Counted from the first letter of the stretch, positions 1 through 10,534 are shown. The stretch is 24,219 bases of DNA from Octopus sinensis (GCF_006345805.1 NW_021836442.1:1-24219), one strand, 5' to 3'. Notes: generated by a model not told the origin, from the letters alone. Translations and numbers: made by a program.

Positions 1-30
1 TCATCATCATCATCATCATCATCATCGTTA

Positions 31-70
<40 letters not shown>
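1..70. repeat. (TCA)n/(TTA)n microsatellite
   Basis: Direct inspection. Confidence 0.95.
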
Positions 71-72
71 GA

Positions 73-223
73 AAGGCGGTGAGCTGGCAGAATTGTTAGC
101 ACGTCGGGGAAAAAATGCATAGCGGCATTTCGTCTATCGCAACGTTCTGAGTTCAAATTCCGCCGAGGTCGACTTTGCCTTTCATGCTTTCGGGGTCGAT
201 AAATGAAGTACCAGTGAAACACT
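73..223 (+). mobile_element. tRNA-derived SINE, family M, 3'-truncated
   Basis: Head aaggcggtgagctggcagaa, B box gagttcaaattcc, central domain gtcgactttgcctttcat..ggggtcgataaa..aagtaccag shared with many copies in the window. The domain resembles my recollection of the Meta-SINE domain (unverified). Confidence 0.85.
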
Positions 224-304
224 TGCGCCTATAATAAAAATGATTATTATCATTAATATTGTTGCTGTTGTTGTTTTTGTTGTTGATGTTGTTTTGTTGT
301 TGTT

Positions 305-530
305 GTCGTTGTTACTGCTCCTGTTGTTGTTGTTGTCATCGTTGTTACTGCCACTGTTGTTGTTGTTGTCATCGTTGTTACTGCTCCTGTTGTTGTTCTT
401 GTTATCGTTGTTACTGCTCCTGTTGTTGTTGTTGTCATCGTTGTTACTGCTCCTGTTGTTGTTGTTGTTGTCATCGTTGTTACTGCTCCTGTTGTTGTTC
501 TTGTTGTCGTTGTTACTGCTCCTATTGTCG
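305..530. repeat. 33-bp minisatellite, 7 copies, within a (GTT)n tract
   Basis: Anchor ttactgc at 312, 345, 378, 411, 444, 480, 513 (periods 33,33,33,33,36,33). Confidence 0.9.
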
Positions 531-653
531 TTGTTGTTGTTGTTGTTATTCTCGTTACTGGTTGTGTTATTGTTGATGTTACCGTTTTCGTTGTTGTTGT
601 TGTTGTTGTTGTTGTTCACGTATTGATTCTCGTCTGTCGCTCTGTCAACATAC

Positions 654-770
654 CAGCTGAAACCGCGAGACATTCCTTATCGTCATCAGCTGCAGCCGAC
701 AGGAGGCCATTATGACTCCGGCATCTTGCCGACGCCTTCCGATCCGACAGGCATATTGCTCTCTCCCCAG
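654..770 (-). CDS. Candidate 117-bp exon of an unknown gene (strand uncertain)
   Basis: Minus-strand acceptor ttttgtcacag| and donor ctg|gtatgt; length 39x3; open phase-1 frame GERAICLSDRKASARCRSHNGLLSAAADDDKECLAVSA. A plus-strand parse is also open. No homology recognised. Confidence 0.25.
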
Positions 771-1093
771 CTGTGACAAAACAGCATGGAGCTGCTCGGG
801 AATGTCCGGAGAATCATAAAACATGAGGAAATATGAAGGAACGTACACAGAATTAATGGAAATAATTAACAAAGCTGGGGAAACAAAAATAAAAACAGTT
901 GAAATAAATATATTGCCTTCCACCGCTTGCTTGTAAAAATCAATTGTATTTCATTATATACACAGTACTAACGCTTCAAATCCTTCCTATAACGTGAACG
1001 TCCATATATGCGTATGTGTGTGTGATACATACATGCATACACACACACAGACGCACGTATGTATGTGCGTATGTATATATATATATATATAGA

Positions 1094-1325
1094 AAGGCGG
1101 CGAGCTGGCAGAAACGTTAGCACGCGGGGCGAAATGCGTAGCCGTATTTCTTCTGCCGCTACGTTCTGAGTTCAAATTCCGCCGATGTCGACTTTGCCTT
1201 TCATCCTTTCGGGGTCGATAAATTAAGTACCAGTTACGCACTGGGATCGATGTAATCGACTTAATCCGTTTGTCTGTCCTTGTTTGTCCCCTCTGTGTTT
1301 AGCCCCTGTGGGTAATAAAGAAATA
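1094..1325 (+). mobile_element. SINE family M, full monomer
   Basis: Head, B box, central domain and tail tttgtctgtccttgtttgtcc..gtgggtaataaagaaata. Confidence 0.92.
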
Positions 1326-1463
1326 TATATATATATGTATATTCAAATATATGTACATATGTACGTATGTATATGCACGCATGTATGTATATGTATTTAT
1401 ACATACACATATATAAGTGTGCGTTTAAGTTAACAGTTAATGGCTCAATAATGCTTTAAAATT

Positions 1464-1684
1464 AAAGGCGGCGAGCTGGTAGAAACGTTAGCACGCGTTG
1501 CGGTATTTCGTCTGTCTTTGCGTTCTGAGTTCAAATTCCGCCGAGGTCGACTTTGCCTTTCATCCTTTCGGGGTCGATTAAATAAGTACCAGTTACGCAC
1601 TGGCGTCGATGTAATCGACTTAATACCTATGTCTGTCCTTGTTTGCCCCCTCTATGTTTAGCCCCCTGTGGGCAATAAAAAAAA
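1464..1684 (+). mobile_element. SINE family M, full monomer with TSD
   Basis: Full structure with A-rich end; perfect 14-bp TSD aataatgctttaaa at 1447-1460 and 1685-1698. Confidence 0.93.
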
Positions 1685-1772
1685 AATAATGCTTTAAATT
1701 CTCACTCACATGGCGAAACGCCTATGATAGTTTAAATGCTTTTCTTTATGTGTATATGGATGCACGTACGTA

Positions 1773-1925
1773 GCACCCACCAAAGTAGAGACCATTGTCG
1801 CACGAAGTTCATTGTGCACAATACTCTCAACTCTCTCACGTGATATGCTAACAGCATTGGCTATTTGATTTACATTCAATCGCCTGTCGCCCATTACCAT
1901 GTGGTGAACACGATCCATGTCGAAG
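1773..1925 (-). pseudogene. Decayed mariner transposase fragment (second HTH to WVPR-like linker)
   Basis: DRVHHMVMGDRRLNVNQIANAVSISRERVESIVHNEL matches the mariner pattern V..DRR.T..EIA..VGIS..SV..ILH..L; frameshifted where KVSARWVP is expected. Confidence 0.8.
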
Positions 1926-1994
1926 CGACAGCTGCAGGATGTCCAACACAGACCACACAAACACACACACATACATATATATAAATACATATAT

Positions 1995-2142
1995 ACGACG
2001 GGCTTCTTTCAGTTTCGTCTACCAAATACTCACAAGGCATTGTCGGCCTGGGGCTTAAAAGACACTTGCCCAAGATGCCACGCAGTTGAACCCGGAATCA
2101 TGTGGTTAGCAAGTACTTATCACACAAGCCACTCCTGCCTAT
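1995..2142 (-). mobile_element. SINE family C (tRNA head + CORE-like), 5' half only
   Basis: Reverse complement matches the 5' half of the copies at 5591 and 13860 (tgcgtggcatcttgggcaagtgtc). Confidence 0.88.
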
Positions 2143-2447
2143 TGTTTATGAAGCTTGAGTATCATCCCATGATGTAGCAAGCATGTTAGCAGGAACATCT
2201 TTAGGGGCTAAACCCTTTTTACTGTGGGTACTTGATAGTACCACGATGCCAAAATTTGTTGATTTTCAAGAGAAGTTCTTGCTAGATAATTTTTAAGTCT
2301 TCATTGAATAGTCAGATGTCAGTTTAATCTAGAAAGATCTCACAGCTCTAGCATCACTCCTTCATAGATTGCCAATCAGCCCAAACTCGAAAACATGAAT
2401 TTATATATGTGCGCGCGCGTGTGTGTGAGTGTGTGTGTGTGTGTGTG

Positions 2448-2488
<41 letters not shown>

Positions 2489-2504
2489 TGTGTGTGTGTG
2501 TGTA

Positions 2505-2903
2505 TTTACTCTTACTCTTTTACTCTTTTACTTGTTTCAGTCATTTGACTGCGGCCATGCTGGAGCGCCGCCTTTAGTCGAGCGATTCGACCCCGGGACT
2601 TATTCTTTGTAAGCCCAGTACTTATTCTATCGGTCTCTTTTGCCGAACCGCTAAGTAACGGGGACATAAACACACCAGCATCGGTTGTCAAACAATATTG
2701 AGGGGACAAACACAGACACACAAACGCATATATATATATATACATATATACGACGGGCTTCTTTCAGTTTCCGTCTCCCAAATCCACTCACAAGGCTTTG
2801 GTCGGCCCGAGGCTATAGTAGAAGACACTTGCCCAAGGTGCCACGTAGTGGGACTGAACCCGGAACCATGTGGTTGGTAAGCAAGCTACTTACCACACAG
2901 CCA
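2505..2903 (-). mobile_element. Composite SINE family C (head + CORE-like + internal microsatellite + M-like domain + (GTAAAAGA)n tail)
   Basis: Colinear with 5591-6122 and 13860-14308. Confidence 0.9.
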
Positions 2904-2943
2904 GTGCAATTTTTTTCCCAAATGAATTGAACTTCATGTTTAA

Positions 2944-3029
2944 GGCTCCGATGAAGCTGTAAGGTGTTATTTAGGCACTCAACTATGAGTCCGCCACGTT
3001 GTATTGTAGAAACAGCTATCTGTTGAGTC
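2944..3029 (+). ncRNA. Degenerate hammerhead-like motif
   Basis: ggct-CCGATGA-A ... A-GAAAC-AGCT-ATC, same scaffold as 8306 and 18809, but stems II and III pair poorly. Confidence 0.3.
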
Positions 3030-3486
3030 AACTGTGAAGATCGTTCTGCCGCCCTCCTTTGGCTAGGAAGGACAGGCAGCGTTTATCTGTCTGGTGGGCA
3101 TAACAAAAGTGGCAGCGTGGTGGACGCGATTGAAACGGCGGAAAACTGACATTTTCCTCTTTGACCACACCCTCATCAACTCTTTTCGAATTTCACTTGA
3201 AAAGAAAACTGAAGGCGAAGAGGGAAGTATTGCCTTTCAGCAATAATAATGAAAAACAGATGACAGTGGTGAGTATGGTCCACATGTATGGGCCTGCTCA
3301 GAGCAAGCGCTTTTAGACTAGAGGAAAATCAGAAAGCGCTTGCGGAGTTTACACAGATAGATCACGGATGATCGCGCGTTTTCGCGGGGTTTCAATGGCT
3401 AGTTCACGGATGTCTTTTCTACTGTAGGGGAACAGTTTATTGTTGGGGAATTCGCTTGAAAAGAAAACTGTAAATGAAGAGAGAGT

Positions 3487-3808
3487 GGAGGAGCAATGGC
3501 CCAGCGGTTAGGGCAGCGGACTCGCGATCGGAGGATCGCGGTTTCGATTCCCGGACTGAGCGTTGTGTGTGTTTATTGAGCGAAAACACCTAAAGCTCCA
3601 CGAGGCTCCGGCAGGGGGTGGGGGTGGCGACCCCTGTTGTACTGTTTCACCCCCAACTTTCTCGCACTCTCTCTTCCTGTTTCTTGAGTAACGTTGCGAT
3701 GGACTGGCGTCCCGTCCAGCTTGGGTGGGGGACACATACGCCACAGAAACCTGGAAACCGGGCCCATGAGCCTGGCTAGGCTTGAAAAGGGCGCAAAAGA
3801 AGGAAAGA
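3487..3808 (+). mobile_element. tRNA-derived SINE family A with TSD
   Basis: A box tggcccagcggtta, B box ggtttcgattcc; colinear with 12993-13283; TSD aaatgaagagaga at 3472-3484 and 3809-3821. Confidence 0.9.
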
Positions 3809-3824
3809 AAATGAAGAGAGAAGT

Positions 3825-4160
3825 GGGAATCGAAACTGCGATCCTCCGATCTATTTCTTTACTACCCACAAGGGGCCAAACACAGAGGGGACAAACAAGG
3901 ACAGACAAAGAGATTAAGTCGATTACATCGACCCCAGTGCGTAACTGGTACTTAATTTATCGACCTCGAAAGGATGAAAGGCAAAGTCGACCTCGGCGGA
4001 ATTTGAACTCAGAACGTAACGGCAGACGAAATACGGCTACGCATTTCGCCCGGCGTGCTAACGTTTCAGCCAGCTCGCCGCCTGCGATCCTCCGATCGCG
4101 AGCCCGCTGCCCTAACCACTCGGCCATTGCTCCTCCGCTCTCTCTTTCATTTACAGTTTC
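3825..4160 (-). repeat. Inverted duplicate of the family A SINE head plus its 5' flank, interrupted by a family M SINE
   Basis: 3825-3851 plus 4098-4160 is the reverse complement of about 3463-3552 with a few substitutions. Confidence 0.88.
3852..4082 (-). mobile_element. SINE family M, full monomer nested with 16-bp TSD
   Basis: TSD ctgcgatcctccgatc at 3836-3851 and 4082-4097. Confidence 0.95.
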
Positions 4161-4644
4161 ATCAAATTTTATAGCAGTTGGATTGCAGTGGTAAGCACGG
4201 TCCGCGTGGATGGGCCCGCATTGAGCAAGCGCCTTGAGATTACGCGGGGTTTCAATGGCTAGTTCACGGATGTTCTTTTCCACTGATGGGGAACATTTTA
4301 TAGTCGAAATTTCTTGGTTATTTCATTGTTTTATTTGCGAATCTGTGTAGACTGAGTGTTCGTACATCTGTGTTTACTTGGATACCGCGCGGCGGTAATA
4401 CGATCTCATCCACAGGATCAACAGTTATCAGTGTGTGCGATACGTGCAGTGTGTGTGATGTATGCTGGGCAGGCAGCTGGTAAATTGGGGGGGGGGTGCT
4501 GGAGGAGGAGGAGGTGTTGGTGTTTGTGGTGGTGGTGGAGTGGTGGGATGGGTGGTTTTGGTGGAGGTGCTTGTGGTGGTGATGCGTACGGTAGCATGAT
4601 GGTGGCAGTGGCTTATATGATATATAAGATATATAAGATGTGTA

Positions 4645-5230
<586 letters not shown>

Positions 5231-5590
5231 TGTGTTATCTCGTTAAGAAATCTTAACAGCAGAGAGCAAAGAAAATTAATCGCTCTTTTGACTCCTGGCT
5301 TATAATTCCCTAAATGTGCTTATGTATGTATGTATGTATGTATGTGTGAGTGTATGTGTGTGTTTATTTTGCTGGGTAGTAAACAGATCATAATTCCTAT
5401 CAAATTCAGTTTTCACTCCTTTATTTCCAGCGCTTGTATTGCAAACGCTTTCTAAAAAAAAAAAAAACCCTTATGACAACCAGTTATGTATCACAGCTGT
5501 CCTAGAGCCCGCCTTTTTTCCCACCACGGACGGGGTTCATGAACGATAATTCTTCCATGGTCCGGAGTAGCACGTGCGTAGTAAAATGCA

Positions 5591-5830
5591 ATAGGCGCAG
5601 GAGTGGCTGTGTGGTAATTAGCTTGCTAACCACCACATGGTTCCGGGTTCAGTCCCACTGCGTGGCATCTTGGGCTAGTGTCTTTTGCTATAGCTCCGGG
5701 CCGACCAATGCCTTGTGAGTGGATTTGGTAGACGGAAACTGAAAGAAGCCTGTTGTGAAGCCAGGTGGTGCTATTAAGTTAGACATGGCCTGGGCCAATA
5801 ATGGCCGAAACCTATCAAAGTATCAAAGTA

Positions 5831-5889
<59 letters not shown>

Positions 5890-6122
5890 GTGTGTTTGTG
5901 TGTCAGTGTTTGTCCCCCTAGCGTTGCTTGACAACCGATGCTGGTGTGTTTACGTCCCCGTCACATAGCGGTTCGGCAAAAGAGACCGATAGAATAAGTA
6001 CTGGGCTTACAAAGAATAAGTCCCGGGGTCGATTTGCTCGACTAAAGGCGGTGCTCCAGCATGGCCACAATCAAATGACTGAAACAAGTAAAAGAGTAAA
6101 GAGTAAAGAGTAAAGAGTAAAG
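5591..6122 (+). mobile_element. Composite SINE family C, full length, with 73-bp insertion at 5756-5828
   Basis: Head ataggcgcaggagtggctgtgtggtaa, B box gggttcagtccc, CORE-like segment, (TA)n(TG)n spacer, 3' domain, (GTAAAGA)n tail; possible TSD gtaaaatgca/gtaaagtgca. Confidence 0.92.
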
Positions 6123-6128
6123 TGCACT

Positions 6129-6266
6129 ATACATACATACATACATACATACATACATACATACATACATACATACATACATGCATACATACACGCATAC
6201 ATACATACATACATACATACATACATACATACATACATACATACATACATGCCATACATACATACA

Positions 6267-6298
<32 letters not shown>

Positions 6299-6581
6299 CA
6301 TACACGCATACATACATACATACATACATACTACATACATACATACATACATACATACTTACATACATACATACATGCATACATACATACATACATACAT
6401 GCATACATACATACATACATACATACATACATAATACATACATACATACATACATACATACATACATACATACATGCATACATACATACATACATACATA
6501 CATACATACATACATACATACATACATACATGCATACATACATACATACATGCATACTACATACATACATACATACATACA

Positions 6582-6610
<29 letters not shown>
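6129..6610. repeat. Long interrupted (TACA)n microsatellite
   Basis: Direct inspection; source of the HTYI/MYVC ORFs. Confidence 0.97.
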
Positions 6611-6612
<2 letters not shown>

Positions 6613-6898
6613 TTTAGTTCTTGTGTTTTCATTTTCCGTGTTTTACATTCTACGTTTTCTATATGCTGTCTTCCCAAGTATTTTTTGGCGTTTCTTTTTT
6701 TTTTTATTCAATTTTATTTTTAGTTCGTTATGGTATGTGGTTTTGAGCCTGACGAATATGCTTCAGATATTTCTCAACATATATGAAGCTATTAGTAGCA
6801 CTTAAAGACATGTATTGTGTCCTTCAAATATATATATTTATCTCTCACCAGATGGAATACATTTTTTGAATGAATCTTTTAGCACGGAACAGAACATA

Positions 6899-6934
<36 letters not shown>

Positions 6935-7021
6935 TGTATGTATGCTTGTATGTGTATGTATATATATATATATATATATATGAATAATAATATTAAGGAG
7001 TAAATCCAAATTTACAGGGAA

Positions 7022-7098
7022 AAATTAGATTTAGGATTAAATCTAATTTCACAGTATAAATATAAATTAAATTAGTGGTTTTATCACTAATTTAATTT
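7022..7098. other. Two adjacent perfect AT-rich hairpins
   Basis: aaattagattta-ggat-taaatctaattt (7022-7049) and aaattaaattagtg-gttttat-cactaatttaattt (7064-7098). Confidence 0.8.
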
Positions 7099-7099
7099 A

Positions 7100-7183
<84 letters not shown>

Positions 7184-7324
7184 GTGTGTGTGTGTGTGGT
7201 GTGTGTGTGCATGTGTGTGTTTGTGTGTGTATGTATGTATGTATGTATGTATATCTGTTATATAAAACCTGTTCTGTCTGTCTGTCTGATCGTCTTCTAG
7301 GATCTCGGGTATCCTCCAGTACCC

Positions 7325-7432
7325 CAGCACTTAACTTTTTTCTTTTGCTAAGCCTGGTACTTATTCTGTGGGGTCTCTTTTGCCGAATCTCTAGTTTACA
7401 GGGACGTAAACACACCGACACCGGTTGCCAAG
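7325..7432 (-). mobile_element. Fragment of the family C 3' domain (variant)
   Basis: ggtacttattctgtgggtctcttttgccgaa..gacgtaaacacacc matches the family C 3' domain. Confidence 0.75.
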
Positions 7433-7748
7433 AGATTATATCTTCGGGATGTGTTTACAAACGCTCTTCGATCTCATGACAGTACGTTGAAGAAAATGGT
7501 TTAACGAGGCCATTGAGATTGCCGATTGCTTCCACGAAAAATACGCCCTCCGAAATTGTCCTCCGAGAACGGAACACTTTTCTCGTCCTCTTCTACCAAC
7601 GTGATACGGTGAATGAACTCCCATGGCCAGTGAAGTCGCTAACAGTGTTAGTCTCATATCTTCAACCGCTTTAAAGATATGGTGTGAATGATAGCTGCGG
7701 TAGTTTGCTACCTCCGCTTGCACATATATACCCCTACACACATAAATA

Positions 7749-7986
7749 TTGGGTTGGTGCATAATTATTGCGGCTTTTTTTTTTTTCCAACAAATTTTAT
7801 TCAACAAAAACAGTAACAACATGTAACAAAAACATCTTTAAAGGATTATTCCGGAGCATATTCATCCTCTACTTCAATTACTGCTCCTTTTGCTGCTAGC
7901 ACATTTGCAGACTGTCAGCTTCGGCCATTTTGCTTTTGTTAATATTGTTATTGTTTTTGTTGAATAAGATTTTTTTTGAGAAAAAA
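7749..7986. mobile_element. Mariner-type non-autonomous element (MITE-like), one outer TIR lost
   Basis: TA followed by ttgggttggtgcataattattgcggc resembles the Hsmar1/MADE1-type TIR; internal arms at about 7797-7833 and 7933-7967 are inverted copies. Confidence 0.7.
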
Positions 7987-8029
7987 TATTCGAATCAATA
8001 AATTTTGTTTGTTGACATAATCATCATAC

Positions 8030-8255
8030 ATTACATACATACTACATTACGTTCAGGGTAGTATCGAGGCCATTGCACTAAGACTTAACTGTTTACTGGT
8101 GCTGTGATCGAATGTGATTTTTAGCCCAGCTAAGATCTACAATGTCTTGTACAAAATTGGCAACTAAAACCTTTACTGGTAATAGCCGGCTGTAGTTGGA
8201 ACTGGGCTTCATGTATCTTTGCATGTCGTTTAAGTCCTCCTGCCAAATTACACTC
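8030..8255 (-). pseudogene. Decayed tandem C2H2 zinc-finger coding fragment, probably a LINE (RTE-like) 3' end
   Basis: ECNLAGGLKRHAKIHEAQFQLQPAITSKGFSCQFCTRHCRS, then a frameshift to KNHIRSQH; followed by a short UTR and microsatellite-like tail. A ZNF pseudogene is not excluded. Confidence 0.55.
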
Positions 8256-8305
8256 TCATACATACATACATACATACATACATACATACATACATACATA
8301 CAGAA

Positions 8306-8433
8306 ATGGCTCTGATAAAAGTAGCATTATTTTTCGTAGTTCGTCCAATTTTCCTTAATTAACAAATAGACCAGTTGAGTAAACCTAACAGTAATGTACC
8401 TACAACGACTACTGGAAACAGCTGTAAAGCCAT
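8306..8433 (+). ncRNA. Type I hammerhead-like motif with expanded stem II and G8A core variant
   Basis: Stem I atggct/agccat with one bulged A; core CTGATAA; stem II agtag/ctact; GAAAC-AGCT-GTA. Confidence 0.6.
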
Positions 8434-8717
8434 ATTTGCTCTAATGAAGGAATTACATGTAATGGTCGTTATTTTAAACTTGTTTCTTATATATCACTCT
8501 GTGTAAAAACCAGTTTATATGGAAGCCCATCCAGGGATTTATAATATAGAATTGTGATGAGCCGAAAACTTGGGGCCCTACCAAAAGATTACTTGGAGTT
8601 CTTCTCCAATCTAAATAACATTGTTAATCAGGTGTGCCAACAGGGAGCTTATGAAGTATTTTGACCGGATTGATAACCCCTATTTGTACACCTCCCACAC
8701 ACACATATATATATATG

Positions 8718-8749
<32 letters not shown>

Positions 8750-8864
8750 TGTATGTATGTATGTATGTATGTATGTATATATGTATGTATGTATGTATGT
8801 ACGTATGCATGTGTGTAAGTATATATATATATATGTACATACATACATAATATATATATATAAA

Positions 8865-9100
8865 GTTAATCCAAACAAGAAAACACAGAAAAAAAAGAGA
8901 GGAAAAAAAGAGGAAAAAACACAGCAACGCAGGACGTGGAACAATTAAAGTATTATTGACGCTCAGGAAAGAAGGGAAGGAGGGTTTAACGTTTCGAGCG
9001 GAGCTCTTCGTCGGAAACAAGGAGAAGGAAAGATCCCAAGGAGGGAAGACAGAGGAGAAAATATTTGGGCTGGTGGTGCTTAAGAGATCACATGTTGAAA
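8865..9100 (-). mobile_element. Probable Penelope-like pseudo-LTR fragment carrying a minimal hammerhead
   Basis: Non-microsatellite island around the hammerhead at 8984-9018; minimal hammerheads are established hallmarks of Penelope pLTRs. Boundaries approximate. Confidence 0.5.
8984..9018 (-). ncRNA. Minimal type I hammerhead motif (35 nt)
   Basis: gttt-CCGACGA-a-gagc(tcc)gctc-GAAAC-GTT-aaac: stems I and II pair perfectly; stem III has no loop but contains the palindrome AACGTT. Confidence 0.7.
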
Positions 9101-9101
9101 G

Positions 9102-9147
<46 letters not shown>

Positions 9148-9330
9148 TGTGTGTGTGTGTGTGTGTGTGTGAATACGTACAGATGCACATACGTTTATAT
9201 ACACACGGCTACGCACGCACTCGTGTGCACATACACATATATGAATGAACTCATACGTACCCATACGTATATTCCATAAGCATATGCAAAAATACATATA
9301 CACAAATGCTCACACACACACACACACACA

Positions 9331-9411
<81 letters not shown>

Positions 9412-9463
9412 CTTTTTCTCTATATATATGCGTGTATGTGTATGTCTATATATACATAAATAA

Positions 9464-9565
9464 AAGTACCAGTTTCGCACTGGGGTCGATGTAATCGACT
9501 TAATCCCTTTGTCTGTCCTTGTTTGTCCTCTCTATGTTTAGCCCCTTGGGGGCAATAAAGAAATA
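9464..9565 (+). mobile_element. SINE family M, 5'-truncated
   Basis: Starts at aagtaccag and runs to the tail gcaataaagaaata. Confidence 0.9.
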
Positions 9566-9841
9566 TATATATACATACTTACACACACATAAATGAACGT
9601 GCATATATCTATGCGTGTTACGTCCGTATATATACTCACATATATAGACACACCCGTGTATAGACAGGTGCACGAACACGTGTGTACACATACATACATT
9701 TCTAAATATACATGTATATATACATACACGCATATATATATGTATATATATATATATCTGTATGTATATATACACACATATATATATATATATGTATGTG
9801 TGTATATATACATACATATATATATATGTATGTGTGTATAT

Positions 9842-9881
<40 letters not shown>

Positions 9882-9896
9882 GCATACATGCATACA

Positions 9897-9931
<35 letters not shown>

Positions 9932-9947
9932 GTTGAATACTGCTTAC

Positions 9948-10118
9948 GTGTTCGCTTCCGTTTCCTCTATCTCCGCCATATTTATGTTAGCAAGAAGCCC
10001 TAGATCCAGAGATAACACAGACCAACCTTGTTCCTGAGATGGCACTTCACACGACATTATTATTGTTGTTGTTGCTGCTGCTGCTGTGGTTGATTATGTG
10101 GTTGTCGTTGTTTTTCCT
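9948..10118. CDS. Candidate exon with valid parses on both strands
   Basis: Plus: 9991-10118 ttag|..cct|gtaagt, [42 protein letters not shown]. Minus: 10116-9948 acag|..ac|gtaagc, [36 protein letters not shown]. Confidence 0.3.
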
Positions 10119-10449
10119 GTAAGTGTCGTCGTTTCATAATAAAAGTTATCTTATACAAACTCAGTTATTTATCATTATCATAATTATTATTATTATTATT
10201 ATTATTTTTACGTCACATCTCCCTCATCATGTTTCCTTCTTTTGTGACGATCAGGAAATCGGACTCTTTTGAATCAGCCGATCCTTTCCCCCTTTCTCCC
10301 TCCCCCTCTCTCTCTCTCTCTCTCATACTCTATCCTTTCTTTGTGTATATCTCTGCTAAGTCGTGATGGTTGCTTGAATGGATACAATGATAAATGGATG
10401 AATTGATGAGTGGATAGATTGAATGATTGCCATATGTGTGTATAAGGGT

Positions 10450-10450
10450 G

Positions 10451-10534
<84 letters not shown>

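Noticed and set aside
3508-4283. ORFs of 78-166 aa across the nested SINEs
   Set aside because: They lie wholly within SINE sequence, and the same peptides recur at other copies.
6749-6800. CTGACGA followed by a hairpin
   Set aside because: No GAAA after the stem and no stem III.
7436-7822. 128-aa ORF and an ELPWPVKS motif faintly like Tc1 WPxxSPDL
   Set aside because: The ORF starts inside the MITE, and the motif lacks SPDLNPIE and any other transposase similarity.
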